Source: the human T2T-CHM13v2.0 reference genome, Homo sapiens
Strand: one strand, 5' to 3'
Assembly (NCBI RefSeq): GCF_009914755.1
Contig: NC_060926.1
DNA length: 64,000 nt
How positions within the stretch are numbered: position 1 is the stretch's first letter; every line of letters begins with the position of its first letter. Positions 17,961 to 35,951 of this stretch are shown in pieces. A model generated the notes under the pieces. The model ran no database searches. It saw nothing but the letters and a program-made list of their open reading frames with translations, and was not told the DNA's origin. The position numbers and the translations under genes were made by a program.

Positions 17961-18448
17961 GAAATAGATTATCAAACAGACCAAGAAAACTGGGGACTGG
18001 GGCTAAGGAGTATATCCCATGTGATCTTCCAAAGGCAGGGTCTAGTGTGATGCTGCTGCTGAGGTTTGGGAAGAAAAGGGTGTTGGCTTCCTACAAGCAC
18101 CTCTTCCAGCATCCATTCTCTCTTGCGTTTCCATACAGAAGCCCTCATACAGTCTGGGGACTTAAAAAAAATTAAGGTTTGATTGCACCACCATCCTCAT
18201 CCAACCTGTCCTGCCTTATCCCACTTACTGTCTTGAAAACAAAGGAGGAGTCATCTACATTCTAGTAAGAAGACAGAGTTAAGGGCAATTTGTCCATTAA
18301 AAATACACTTAGGTGAAATATTTATCAATCTTCTGAAAGAGAAGGGCTTTCTATGTTTAAAGAGAGAAGAAATCTTAAAGCAAGTGACTGATCAATAGAC
18401 TTAACTGTTGAAAAATTTAAATATTTTGATGTCAATATAGAAACACTG

Positions 18449-18756
18449 AGACCAGGCACGGTGGCTCATACCTATAATCCCAGCACTTTAGGAGGCCGAG
18501 GTGGGAGGATCACTTGAGCCCAGGAGTTCAAAACCAGCCTGGACAACATACTGCCCATCTCTACAAAAAATAAACAAAAATAAGCTGGGCGTGGTGGTAT
18601 GCACCTGTAGTCCCAGCTACTCAGAAAGCTGAGGTGGGAGGATGGCTTGAGCCCAAGAGGTCAAGGCTGCAGTGAGCTGTGTTTGCACCACTGCACTCTA
18701 GCCTGGGAGACAGATTGAGACTGTCTCAAAAAAAAAAAAAAAAAAAAGAAAAAAGA
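18449..18756 (+). mobile_element. AluJ
   Basis: Sense Alu with agaaacact flanks. Confidence 0.9.
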
Positions 18757-19181
18757 AACACTCAAAGTTTAAGAGACGAACAACAAAAAAGTATATTCGA
18801 AAATTAAGACAAAGGATTCAAACTTATATATTAGTAGCTCATACCAAATAGTGGGTGGAGTGGAGAAACTGAGACACTAAGAGGTTTGAGGCAAGAGCCA
18901 CAAACAAGCGACTTACAGGAGAGGAGAGAGAGCTTGCCACACACGTGGGATGACACTCAACAGACTTGTGATCAAAGGTGCATACTGAAATACTAAGATG
19001 CTAACTTATTAAATTCATCACAAAGGAAATATAATTTCCAGTATTAACCAATAGATGGCAAAACGGGAAGCATTTTCATTCTTTTCTAGAAAGAGTACAA
19101 ATTGGTTGAAACTCTCTAGAAAGTAATTTTGAAATAATGTGTCAAGAGCTTTAAAAACACTTATGCCCTTTCACTCAGTAA

Positions 19182-19535
<354 letters not shown>

Positions 19536-19795
19536 CCCAAGGAATCAATCTTAAATACAGTCTACCTTCACACACAGAGATGTTCGTTATCTTGTTATTT
19601 ATAATAATGAAAAAGTAGAAGTAAAATGTCCAGTCGGAGGAGAATATTTCAGTGAATTATGGTGTATGTCATTTGATAAAATGTTATCTAGTCAATAAAA
19701 ATTGTGTTTATAAAGATACTTTCCATGTAATTTGAAAAATGCTTTAAGTAAATGAAAACCAGAATCCATAATTATGTAGACAGTATTTGCAATCA

Positions 19796-20236
<441 letters not shown>

Positions 20237-20410
20237 CTATTTTTTCTACGTTTTTCCTAAATATTTTTTATGTGGATGTGTTACTTCCACAATAAAAAAC
20301 ATGAACTGCAGAGCACGTTGTGTTTGCTCCCCAACCATCATGCTACAATTCAGAGACCAAATGTCAGGAGAACACTCAGATATTCCTGGTGGCGTTGCTC
20401 ATGGAGCTGA

Positions 20411-20842
<432 letters not shown>

Positions 20843-23800
20843 TGATGGCAGTAGCCTTGGACATAGTCTCCCTGCTCCCTGTCTTTCCTGCTTTGGTCCT
20901 TCTGGGTTAATACTGCTATGTATGATCTTTAACACACAGAACCCAAGCTGCGCTTTCCTAGCTCTTTGAGAAAAAATCCAGCATCCTCAGCTTGACTTCT
21001 GGGGTCTTCCACAACCTGCCTGTAACCCAGCCAAGCCCACCACCCCCACCACACCTGCCGTAGACCCACTCCACATGAACTGCTGACCACCTGGCTGGCT
21101 CTGTGGGTCTTTCTGGTGTTCTCTCTCACTTTGACCTCTTTGATAGGCCTCCCCCTGCAGCTGCCCATCAGCCCCACTGCCGTCCAAGGCCCCTTCCTCC
21201 TGGCAGGAGAAGACGGAACTGGTCTTGAACTACAGTGAAATGTGCATGGTGCTGATGGGGTGGAGAGGTCTAGAAAGCACAGGCCTCACCAGCAAATCTT
21301 AAATCAACCCACCCCTGGTGTAAAAAGCAGGATCCAAACCAATATGTTTCTGTGATCATTTTATATAATAAAATGAGGTTACATCCTGAATAAGAGCAAA
21401 TCTACTGTGCATGCTGATTATATTAAGGGCCTTGACATATTGTAAATTATACTCAAGCAAGTAAAAATGACTTGATCCTAGGTTGAACCTAAAACTAATA
21501 TGCTAGCTCCAACATTAAACATTTAATACTAATTTCACTGGCTGTCTCTGCAGTGATGGTTCTCTCAGTAAAAAAATGTCCTAGAGTCAGAAGAGCCACT
21601 TAGAATCATTCTGCTGCCCTTACAACTGCAATTAAAATTTAGTACCATTCTGTTAAAAATAGCCATTGTAGCCTCTAAGTATTTAAAACCTGAAGGCCTC
21701 ACTGAGGGCTTTGTTCCTAAACATTTGGAGAAGAAAAATCTGTTAGATTTGATCTCTTATTCTCTCTTTGCCCTCCCTGTCTTTCCGTACCCAACGCCAC
21801 ATACATCATCATTATCTTCCTCATCACTGATGGCAGCTTTGGAAGAGTAAAATATTCTCATGCAGACAGGGTGAGAGGCTGTGTCTCCCTGCCGTGATGC
21901 AGGTGTCTGTATTTGGGGTTTGACCATATGGACATGAACCTTGGATGCTGGACCCAGGGGCAGAACCACCCTCATCTGCCCCACTGCCTCCCCACATTGT
22001 CACCCCATTTCAGTTGTGTGTGGACTCTGGCTCATAGGTGTTTAGCATGGGGACGGCGGTGGGCAGCCCAATGTGGGCAGAGAGAGGATGAGATGTGAAT
22101 TTCAAGGCATCGTTCATGGGCATGCAATATGATGGGCAGTGATGTGCAGAGCAGCAAAAACCGAGCAGTCCTTCTATTTTCCCTTCTCTTTACATTTCCC
22201 TTCCAGTTCAACTCCAATGCGAGTAAATCCCCTAGAAACGAAGGGAGAGCAGGGGAGGGAACAGCAGTGCTGGGTAAGACTCGCTCAGTCGACAGTGACC
22301 CCTGAGCATTGATGGGTGCAGAATGCCATATAAGACGCCGTCAGGATCCCCAGTACCTGGAGCTCTCACCCAGCCAGGACCAAGCCCTGGCGGATGGAGA
22401 TGGCCATGCCAGAGGGTTGAGCTTCTCTAATCTGAGGACCCTGGCCCTGGAGCTGACCCAGTGGCCCTCCTAAGAGATACACATTCACCAGAAGGACCCT
22501 GAACCTGACTGGAGGATGGCTGACCTTGAGATAGGGATACCGCAGACCCCTACTAGATGAGGAGGGTCATCCCTCCCTTCCTGAGCTGAGGTCAGCCCTC
22601 TCTCCCTACTTCTGGACTCCTAAAACCCAGAAGATTCTGTCTAGGAGTGGGCTGACCAAATGCACTCAAACTGCCTGGAACAAGAGGTTCTTTGTCCAGG
22701 CCACTGCTCTTGAGCGATTCTTGTGCAAATGACTGGCCCTACTAAAGCTGCCTCCCTCATCCTGCCTGCTGACCCTAATCCCTGACCCTGTATCTGCCTT
22801 TCCTCTCCAACTAAGCCTGGTTCCCAGACTTTACTCCCCACTCCTCCTTTCTTAGGCCAGTTCAGATTCTCAGACCTGTTATGACTTTGTACCTCTTCCA
22901 GGACACCCGCCCCAGATCAGATCTCTGCTGGTAGTAATCTTCTAACTCGGGGATCCCAGGCTCTATTCCTTTTGAGTGTGTAACAGATTAGACACACTCG
23001 AGAAGATTACAATAAAATAGCACAAACATGGAGAGCATTAGACTCGGGGCTTCCAAGGTCCCATTGACTTCGAATTATGTAAGATGCTTTGAAAAGCTCA
23101 AGTTCATAATTATAAACATTCCATCCTTACTATTGGGATCAGAGATGAGGAACAAAGGATCATGTGTTCAAAGAACTGGGCCTTATACTTCTTTACTTTT
23201 CAGTTTCACTTCTACCATAATTTTCACCTTCTACCAAAATGGAAATTTTCCACTTTCCACTCCTGGTAAGTAGCCAATTTTTTTTTTTTTTTTTTTTTTT
23301 TTTTCTGTTACAAAGGATGGTTTTTCCATATCAGGAATTTCTGGCATTTTTTTCAGGAAGAGGAAAAGCAGTAATCTAAGCCCTGGGGCTCACGAGGCCT
23401 TGAGTTTCTTCTCTTGCCCAACCCCACCCCTTCCTTTACGTCATGTAAACACTGTAATAATGGTGAAATGCTGCAGATCCCTTCATACAGAAGGACGCTG
23501 GGATGATTCGTAAGGGAAGAGAATCCCATGCTGCCTGCCCTCATTTCCTACCCGCCATGCTTGGCTGCCTGAAGGTGTCCAGGTCTCTCTGCAGCCAAAG
23601 CCTGTCCCCTTTGGAAGGGCTCCAGCCCAGTCTGCTTCCCAAACCCTGCAGAATTCAGTCTCTACACAGTGGACCTGAAACATGCTGGGACTGGGTCTGC
23701 AAGGCACAGCAGGTTTCCTGGATGGTGATTGTGATGGTCTCTGAAGGGCGAGGCTGCAGAGCCAGGAATGGCTGTCCTGGGAGCAAGGAGGAATGGTAGG

Positions 23801-24368
23801 CATGGCTCCCATTCACCAGAGGAGCTCAAAGAGCCAAGGCTGCCTTTGTATTTGAAAGACATTCTGTGGATAGAGCACACCTTGATCCATATGTGGGTGG
23901 GCCCAGAGACAACTATTTGATAATACTTTTATTTAATATCATTAAAGAATCATTTAATAAAAGTTGACGCGGCTATTCTAGATAAAAGAAATAAACATTT
24001 TATAAAAGTGGAAAAGAAAATTTCAGCATTTAAAGGCTGTTTAATTTTCTGGTTGCTTGGTATAGAAGTTAGCTCAAAGGTAAGTAAGAAATAGCTGATG
24101 TCTTAAAAAAAATTTAGAAGTCATGACTGCTGTTAATTTTTTTTATGTTTGGATTTGCAAAGCTAGCTCATGTCTGAGGCAGTCTGACTGTGCAATATCT
24201 GAAACTGGGTAGCTGTCCCAGGAGGTATCATGGAGCCTTGAGTTGTAGCCTTGAAAGAGCTCCTGAAATTGTCCTATAGTCATCCTCCCTGTGCTTTCTG
24301 TTCACCCAAACTTTGTTTAAAAAAAAAAAAAAAAAGATGAAGACTAGCTAATAAAGAATTTTTAAATA

Positions 24369-24662
<294 letters not shown>

Positions 24663-24950
24663 TTTTTTTTTAAATATCTGCCTAACATTCAATGATGGAT
24701 ATGATTTAGGTCAAGACATAAAGAAGAACGAATCTTTTAATTCATCCTTTATTACATTTACGGCATGTGAACCTGACTTTAGAGTTTTAGGCACCTTTAA
24801 CATTTTAAAATCCCGTGGTGGCAGCTTTGCTGCGATCTTGTAAGAGAGGCCTTTTGCTACTTTATTTTGACTTAGGGAACATTGACCTGATTCCTGGGCA
24901 CCCCATTAGGCTTTACAGTTTTCTGCTTACTTTACCTCCCCTGTATTTTC

Positions 24951-25239
24951 TTTTTTTTGAGACGGAGTCTCACTCTTTTGCCCAGGCCGGAGTGCAGTGG
25001 CGCTATCTCGGCTCACTGCAAGCTCTGCCTCCTGAGTTCACACCATTCTCCTGCCTCAGCCTCCTGAGTAGCTGGAACTACAGGCACCTGCCACCGCGCC
25101 TGGCTAATTTTTGGTATTTTTAGTAGAGACGGTGTTTCACTGTGTTAGCCATGATGGTCTCAATCTCCTGACCTCGTGATCTGCCCGCCTCGGCCTCCCA
25201 AAGTGCTGGGATTACAGGCGTGAGCCACAGCGCCCGGCC
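24951..25239 (-). mobile_element. AluY-like
   Basis: Y-type gcaagctc / caccattctc positions. TSD tcccctgtattttcttt. Confidence 0.9.
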
Positions 25240-25799
25240 TCCCCTGTATTTTCTTTGTGTCAGGAGGTACTTTTCTATTCCACATGATTTGACATTACAA
25301 GTAGAAGGATCACCATCCTGCAATGGGCACATGAGTCCAAACTCTGAGTCCATGAAGCCTTGCAATGGTCTCCCATCTAGCAGGATAGGAAACATTTCTA
25401 GCTCTAACTTCCCTTTCCAATGAGGTCAGTCACTTGGTTTGCTTTGGATTGCTCAGAATTCACCTTTATTTGTGCCATCAGGTTTCTAAAGCACTCCCAA
25501 ATCTGATTATTAGGTGCTTGTGCTATTTAGAGTATAAAGAAACTCAAAAGACAGTGGCTCCAGCAATATGGAAGTGCTTTTCCTCTCTTTCACATCAGTC
25601 TGGAGTGGGCCAGTGGGCTCTGCTCCATGAGGTCATTCAGGGATCTTCAGCACATGGCTTTCCTCTCTGGGTCTCCAGTTGTTTCCACTTCCCAGCTGGT
25701 AGGAAGAGGGAAAGAGAAAGGACACAGAGGGCAGTCATGTCTTATAATCAACAGATGCTGATGTTGTTCACATCACTTTCTCTTAATTAATTAATTTAT

Positions 25800-26095
25800 A
25801 TGTTTGTTTATTTTTGAGACAAGATCTCACCCTGTCCCCCAGGCTGGAGTACAGTGGCTCAATCATGGCTCACTGCAGCCTCGACCTCTCAGGCTCAAGC
25901 GATCCTCCCACTTCAGCCTTTGAGTAGCTGGGATTACAGGCATACACCACCATGCCTGGCTAATTTTTGCATTTATCATAAAGAAGGGGTCTCGCCATGT
26001 TGCCCAGGCTGTCTTGAACTCCTGGCTCAAGCAATCTGCCCACCTCAGCTTCCCAAACTGTTGGGATTCCAGGTGTGAGCCACCATGCCCTGGCC
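25800..26095 (-). mobile_element. AluJ
   Basis: Antisense Alu dimer. Confidence 0.9.
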
Positions 26096-26787
26096 ACTTC
26101 CCCTCATTTTAATGGCAATGTTTTAGTCATGTGGTCTCACCTCACAGCAAGAGAGACTGGGAAATGGAGTCCCAAATGAGCAGCCACATGCACAGCTAAA
26201 ATTCTGAATTTCTAGGGAAAGGCAAAGGGACATATTTTAGGGGAGACATCTAGCATTCTGCCCGGGAAACTTAACTCCGAAACTGTAAAGATTTTAACCA
26301 GAATAATTTCTGAAAGGTTTGCAGCAGCTTCCTTGTTAGAAGTTCAAAACAAAACAAAACAAAAACAAAAAACAAAACCTCTCTTTCTTTAGAATGTAAA
26401 TGCTTTGTAAGTGAAGGATGTATGTTTTATGATGTAGACATTACTAGTTATGTCATACTCTTGGAACAAATTTGGAGTTTGAGCTTAGAGGTGCCTTTCT
26501 CCTTCTCATTAGGAATTTGATTCTTGGCATTTTTCTTGGGATTTATGAGAAGCATTGAAGAAGACAACTAAGATAATTGGGTTGTCCTGTAAAGGCTAGT
26601 TTGGGAGAGCTTGGGTATATTTAGCACAGAGGAGAGAACAGCAAGAATAACAAATGAGATTGTTATCTTCAGGGGTTGAGGAGCTGGAGGTAGGAGATGG
26701 CATGGCCCTCTTTTTTGCTTCTCCTGAGAGTAGAATTGTGAATAGAGGATAGAGGTTATTAGGCTTCAGGTTGACATTTTATTTCAT

Positions 26788-27142
26788 TATATTAGTCCAT
26801 TCTCATGCTGCTATGAAGAAATACCCAAGACTGGGTAATTTATAAAGAAAAGAGGTTTAATTGACTCACACAGTTCTGCAGGGCTGGGGAGACCTCAGGA
26901 AACTTACAATCATAGCGAAAGTCACCTCTTCACATGGCACCAGGGGAGAGAATGAGAGCTGAGCGAAGGGGGAAGCCCCTTATAAAACCATCAGATCTCA
27001 TGAGAACACACTATCACAAGAACAGTATGGGGAAAACCGCCCCCATGATTCAATTCTCTCCACCTGGTGCCCCCCTTGACACGTGGGGATTATTACAATT
27101 CAAGGTGAGATTCGGGTGGGGACGCGGAGCCAAACCATACTA
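26788..27142 (-). mobile_element. MaLR solo LTR (THE1 family)
   Basis: tattagtccattctcatgctgctatgaagaaatacccaagactggg...gccaaaccata. Confidence 0.88.
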
Positions 27143-28084
27143 GTTGTCAGTCATCTAGTGAGAGGACTTGGCTCATTGCTATTGGATGTTGTGTATTCCT
27201 AGTTTCCGAAGTTGTTCACTCAGGCTTTAGACTTCAGAGGAATTGTTTAAGTAATTTAAAGACTTAGTTAACATAGGGAACATTCCTCATAAGGAGGAAA
27301 AAAAAAATTATTCTGTGTCCATCTTGTCTGTCTTATTCCCTAAGTAAGAAGTATCATCCAAACATAGTAATGCTGCCAACCATATTGCTTGCATAGTACT
27401 TTATCATGGAACTTCTGAGGCTTTCAAACACAATACCTGCAAATTTTCTATTCCTTAAAGCTGGTCCTCAGGCCTGTCTCAGATTCTTCATAAAGATCTT
27501 GACTTCCTCCCCACTCGAGCCATCTCTCTCCATCCTTGGAAACCTCATGGGCCATCATGCATGATTTTCTTGTAGGATTTATTTTCTCTTTAAAGGAATA
27601 TCTATGTATTTATCTCAGCTCATTAAGTTGAATGACTGCCTTCTTCATCCTTACACCCCCTGCACTGTCTAGGACAGAGCCTTTCCACAGTGGGCACTCG
27701 ATAAATACTTCTTGACTTGGATTGGATAATTCCCCGACCTCATAGAGTTTAGACTTAGAGTTTGCTATTGTGAGCATCAATCTTGCTCTTTGTGTTGACT
27801 CATGAAATGCTCTATCTCATCCGTCGTCCTGTTCTTAATCTGTAAAAGGAGGGGCTGGATGAGTTGGTCTCTAGGCTTCCTTCCAGCCCTAATTCATTCT
27901 GACTCAGTTCTGGGCTGGAGCAGACACTTGTTGGAAAGGCTATCCAGACGTTGGCAGCCTGTGGGGGAGCCTCATTACCCGGATGCTGCATTGCCCAGGT
28001 CACCACACTGACACCTTGCATGCCCTGGTTGGGCCATGGGGTGGCAGGGGCGCGGCCAGTGACGGCATGTGCTGCCCTCCCCAG

Positions 28085-28235
28085 GTACGTGTGCATTGCT
28101 ATGGAGGCTTTGGACCAGCTGCTCATGGCCTGCCACTGCCAGAGCATCAACCTCTTCGTGGAGAGCTTCCTCAAGATGGTGGCCAAGCTGCTGGAGTCAG
28201 AGAAACCCAACCTGCAGATCCTCGGCACCAACTCG
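28085..28235 (+). CDS. EFR3B: EFR3B exon 4 (151 nt): YVCIAMEALDQLL...QILGTNS
   Basis: ccccag|G ... TCG|gtaagg. Phase 2 to 0 fits the neighbouring exons. Confidence 0.97.
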
Positions 28236-28488
28236 GTAAGGAGCGGCCCAGGGGGCTCCAGGTCTCCCAGCCGCATCCTGGGGGGTGGCAGGGGAGAGGG
28301 AGACCTCGGGGTCGGCACTGTCATGTTCTGTTCCTTCTTGGTTCCCAACCCTAAGTGTGACACACTGCTTGTTTTAGGGTCTCCCTTTGTGTGAACAAAG
28401 GGCCCTTTCATTTTTTAATTTAAACAAATATATAATTTATATAGATATATAATAAAATAATTTTTAAAAATAAAATTCACCACTTTCA

Positions 28489-28838
<350 letters not shown>

Positions 28839-29427
28839 ATGTGGTTTCAGTGTATTCACAAAGTTGTGCAACCATTAACACCATCTAATGTGTTTAGCGT
28901 TAGATTGATGATCTCCAAACTGTTTTTACTAATAGAATTTTTCCCCTCAAATAATTTTAAGTGGGGCCCCCAATAGATATAAAAATCGATGGAAACAGAG
29001 GCTTTCTTTTGAGGGCAGGAAGAACCCAGGGCTCTCACCACTCAGCACGCTATGGGGGCATATCTTGAAAGCTGTCCAGGTTATGCCCCTTTCAAAGATA
29101 GAGTAAAGTGATGTCCCCAGGACAAAGGTACCAGATCAGTGGAAAGACCACGGGGAAGCAGGACACGGGGCTTCTGGCTCAGTTCTGCCCTTCCCTCGCT
29201 GTGAAGCGTTGAGCAGGTTACCTTTTATGGGCCTCAGTCTTTTCATCAGTACCATGAGCAGGTTCAGCTTGGTCTCTGTTAGTCCTCCAAGCTAATGCTG
29301 GTCTCAGTGCAAATGGCTGCGGTCGTGGGAGAGTATGATTTTGTTAGAGAAGAGCTATCAGATATGTCAGAAACTCCCTGCTTCTTGTGTGCATTTAAAC
29401 ATACTCCCACGCCCTGGTTGTCTTTAA

Positions 29428-29905
<478 letters not shown>

Positions 29906-30663
29906 TGAATTTTTATGGCATGGGTCAGAGCTGCTTTCCTGTTCTACATAAGTTGATTTAACCAGAAGAGAGTCTTCCAACTTTCCTTCCAAGGACCAAG
30001 AGTAGCAACCTATACAGATTCCCTTCTCTTTCCTCTCCCTGGGAGCCAGCTGCCTTTGACACATTACACATATACTAACTGAGGGGAAAGTCCTTTGTCA
30101 AGTTGCTCTGGCAACAGCTTCAGATACTGTTTTAGTTGTCCTGTTTAAGAGAACTACAGCCTAGAAGAGAACATCTGAATGGAAAATGAACCAGCCACCA
30201 TGCATCCCTGGGGGCCACTGGAAGCAGGTGGCCACCACCTCTAGCTTCCCCCACAGGAAATCCTAGCCCAGGGTAGGTGTTCTGTCAGCTACAGCATGAA
30301 AAATTCAGTGTCCTGCAGATTCCCCATCGCAGTGAATCATCGCATCAGCCAGAGAGCAAGCTGACTAATGATTGCTATGCTGCAGACAATGAAGATGATA
30401 TAAGGACAAGCTATTGTCAGTGAGTTAAGTCAAATATTTGCAGTAGCTCCAGAGTGCAGCTTGGAAGGCAGCCTTTTCTCTTGCTGTCCCTGTCTGATGC
30501 TCTTTCCAGCTCTCTGTGCCCAGACCTTCTTGAGCCTTCCTGAGAAGAGTGTCCTTTTGCTCCTCATCGTTTTAGACCTGCTAGCATGCTAGTGCATGAC
30601 ATTATCTTAGAGTCTAGCCCGGGAGTTCCAAACAGGTCTTCACAGGGATTCAGGGCTTTGTGA

Positions 30664-31331
<668 letters not shown>

Positions 31332-32257
31332 CTTTCCATTGTTTGTATGGAAGTTTGCAGCATTTTATTTGGATAAAAGGTTTTGCTGCCAGGAAATCAA
31401 AAGAAAGGGAAGGAGAAAAAGGAAGAGAAAGCAAAATGAATCAAGCTCATTGTAACCCCTCATTTTGTTGGATTTCTCAGTGTAGAGATGGGACGCCAAG
31501 AAGCGAGATGATTTGTCTGTGCTCACACAGCTAGAGCGCTGGCTTTAGACAGTGATTCTTTCGGCCCCTGTGCATCTATTAATATTCTCCCTAGAATCTG
31601 GGGGGTGGCAAGGTCAGAAGCCCCTCATTGGGCCCTTGATTCCAAAGTGTGGCACCCAGCCTCTGTGCAGATAGCCCCCATGACCAGACTTAGTCTATCA
31701 CAAGGCAACCCCCGGCCTTGTGGGTGAGAAGTCAAGAAAAAGCCTCACCCTGAGCCCACTCTGCCTCCCTGTAGCTTTTCCCTCAGACCTGGTTTTGCTC
31801 CCTGAATTGGCATAGCACAAATCTCCCCTCTGCAGAACGTCTCTTCAGAAACCATACCCCCTTCAAGGTCCCCAACTCAGACCAATGAGCTTTGGAAACC
31901 TACCAATTCCCAGGGCTCAACCAGACAACCAGGCCCGCATCTCTGGAGAGGAGACCTGGGAGTCTCTATATTTTTGCTTCCCATGTGATGCCATTTAGGT
32001 CTGGGAACTACTGACCCGTTCTAGTCTTAAGCCTGTGTAGGATTCCTTCCCTCCTTTCCTTCTTTTATTCTTTCTTTCTTCTCTCCCTCTCCATATCCCT
32101 CCCTTGCTTCCCTCATTCCATATAGATATTCATACAGCTTGTGCTTGATTACCCCAAGGATGAAGTTGTCCAGAGACTTGTCACAAAATCCAAATTAGCT
32201 AATACCACTCCTGTACAGTACATGCAGTAAAGTACAACTTTAAAAATTTAAGTGAGC

Positions 32258-32580
32258 TTTTTTTTTTTTTTACTTCTTGTTCTTCATTTTTTATTTTATT
32301 TTTATTTTTGAGATGGGGTCTCCCTCTGTTGCCCAGTCTGGAGTGCAGTGGTGCCATCTTGGCTCGCTGCAACCTCCGCCTCCCAGGTTCAAGGCCTCAG
32401 CCTCCCGAATAGCTGGGATTACAGGCGTGCACCACCATGCCTGGCTAGTTTTTGTATTTTTAGTAGGGATGGGGTTTCACCATGTTGGCCAGGCTCTTCT
32501 CAAACTCTTGACCTCAAGTGATCCACCTGCCTCGCCCTCCCAAAGTGCTGGGATTACAGGTGTGAGCCACCGTGCCCAGT
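32258..32580 (-). mobile_element. AluS
   Basis: TSD-like aaaatttaagtga flanks. Confidence 0.92.
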
Positions 32581-32949
32581 GAAAATTTAAGTGATGCTTT
32601 CCAGCCCTTAATGAGAATACCTGGGCTTTGGATCATGATGAGGGACTGGAAACACCAGGAGAAGGTGGGGGAGTCAGGGCCAGCTAAGCTCCTTACTCAC
32701 TGGGGATTCACTTCTGCACACCTGCCTCATTGCATGATGGGTCCAGATGCGTGTCTTGGGTCCAGATGCATGTCTTGAGGACAGTGTCAATCACCACATG
32801 TCCTGATTTTTTAAGGGCACTTACTAATGATAAACTAAAAATATTAAATCTGATGATGCCAAGATCCTCTACATAAACAATCTAATATATTAGCCTAGTG
32901 TATACAAACGGTAAAATATTATGAAGATTCATAGATTGAAAGTTTATAC

Positions 32950-34330
<1,381 letters not shown>

Positions 34331-35789
34331 GTACTCTGAGTAACCCAGAGTCAATGGCACACAGGCATTTTTGCTTTTACTGTGCCACAACCTCAAACCA
34401 AGCCCACTCGGAGGCTGGTGCAAAGCGAGTCACCCAGCAGGTTGGGGGGAGGGCGGCTCCCCTGTGGCAGGCCAGGGTCATGGGGATCCTGGAGACGTCC
34501 CTCCTTGTGACTCAGGCTGTGCAGCACCCTGTTCCCCCCCATCTTGCTTCCTTGCTCCCCTGCCCCTCACGAGATCTCACCTCCCTGGGTCTCCTCGTTT
34601 CGTTCCAAGCTCCAGCTCTTGCTGAGACTCCCTTCCTCTGCCACCCTCCGGGGCCCTCGGGACACCCTCTGTCCACCTGCCTTACCCTCCCAGGGCCTGC
34701 ACAGCCACCCGGCCTTCTCTACCCTAATGCCCCCACCTCAGAAAACCACACAGCCTGTGGGTTGGGGCCTCTACACATATGTGCGTTAGGAGTTTACCTG
34801 GGCTTTCAGGCAGCCTCCTCTCACGTCCTCCAAGTGATCCTTACAAACCTTCCATTTTCCCCTAAACTCCCCTCCCAAATCAGCTTCTTCAGTCTCAAGA
34901 TGCCTTTGCCTTCTTCTCCCACTCAGGAAATGGGGGCTGTCCCAGGGGGCTTCTTCCACTTCCTGTGCCCATCTTCTTCCTCTCCAAAGGGTTCCCAGCC
35001 CCTCCGGAGCCTCCCTGCATCCATTCTTTCTGCCCCTTCCCCATCTCCACCCTTTGCCTTGCTTTGATTCCTTCCCTCAATCTAAACACAAGTTCAAGTC
35101 TCTTGCAGTGTAGAAATAAATTAAATTAATAAACAAGAGAAAAACAAAAAAATTACGTTCTCCTGCATAACTACGAAATGCCATTAGCTTGCCTGACAGA
35201 ATCAACAGTCATTCCCTGATCTTATTTTAATATGTCGTCTAAATCCAGATTTCCCTAATTTTCCCCCGTTGTCTGCATTGCTATCCTTTTTCAAATCAGA
35301 ACTTAGTAAAGACCATTTATTTGTTTTCTACATCCCTTAACTCTCTTAGCAGCTTCGCAACCTCTCTCTGCCCCTCTTTTATTCATGACATTGACTTTTT
35401 GAAGAGGGCAGGTCAGTTGCTTTGTAGAATGCCCTCCATTCTGGATTTGTCTGGTTCTTTGCTGCGGTGTCACTTATCTGACTCTCCTGTCTCTTGTATT
35501 TCCTGCAAACTGGAATTAGATCTGAAAGTTTGATTGGATGCAGGTAACTACTTTCGGCTATAATACTTCATGGGGGTTTTGGGTTGCTATACCGGGTATC
35601 ACAGCAGGAGGCACAAATGTCTGTGTCCCACCTTTACAGATGCCAAGTGTGATCCCGGCCTAGGGTGTGGCCAGCCACCCCTCTCCATTGTAAAATTACA
35701 TTTTTCTCTTTGCAGTTAGAATCTGTGGAAACCATGAAAATAACCCACTCCCCACCCACCTTGCCCCTCATGTTTTTATCTTTTGGTGG

Positions 35790-35872
35790 CATTTCTCCCT
35801 GGGATCACGCCCATTTCTCCCTGGGATCGTGCCCATTTCTCCCTGGGATCACGCCCATTTCTCCCTGGGATC
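35790..35872. repeat. 22-bp minisatellite, about 3.8 copies (CATTTCTCCCTGGGATCACGCC)
   Basis: Directly visible tandem units. Confidence 0.92.
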
Positions 35873-35951
35873 CCACCCTTGTTCACACTCCCTTCACTTC
35901 CTCAGGCCTGTCACTCCATCTCTTCCCACCGGATGTGCCCTGCTTAGTTTC

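Noticed and set aside
24066-24086. Consensus donor AAG|GTAAGT at 24080
   Set aside because: No convincing paired acceptor nearby. Isolated donors occur by chance.
27951-28084. In-frame upstream extension of exon 4 with Cys residues and an ATG at 28020
   Set aside because: Short open frames upstream of GC-rich acceptors are common. The Kozak context is poor and there is no promoter evidence.
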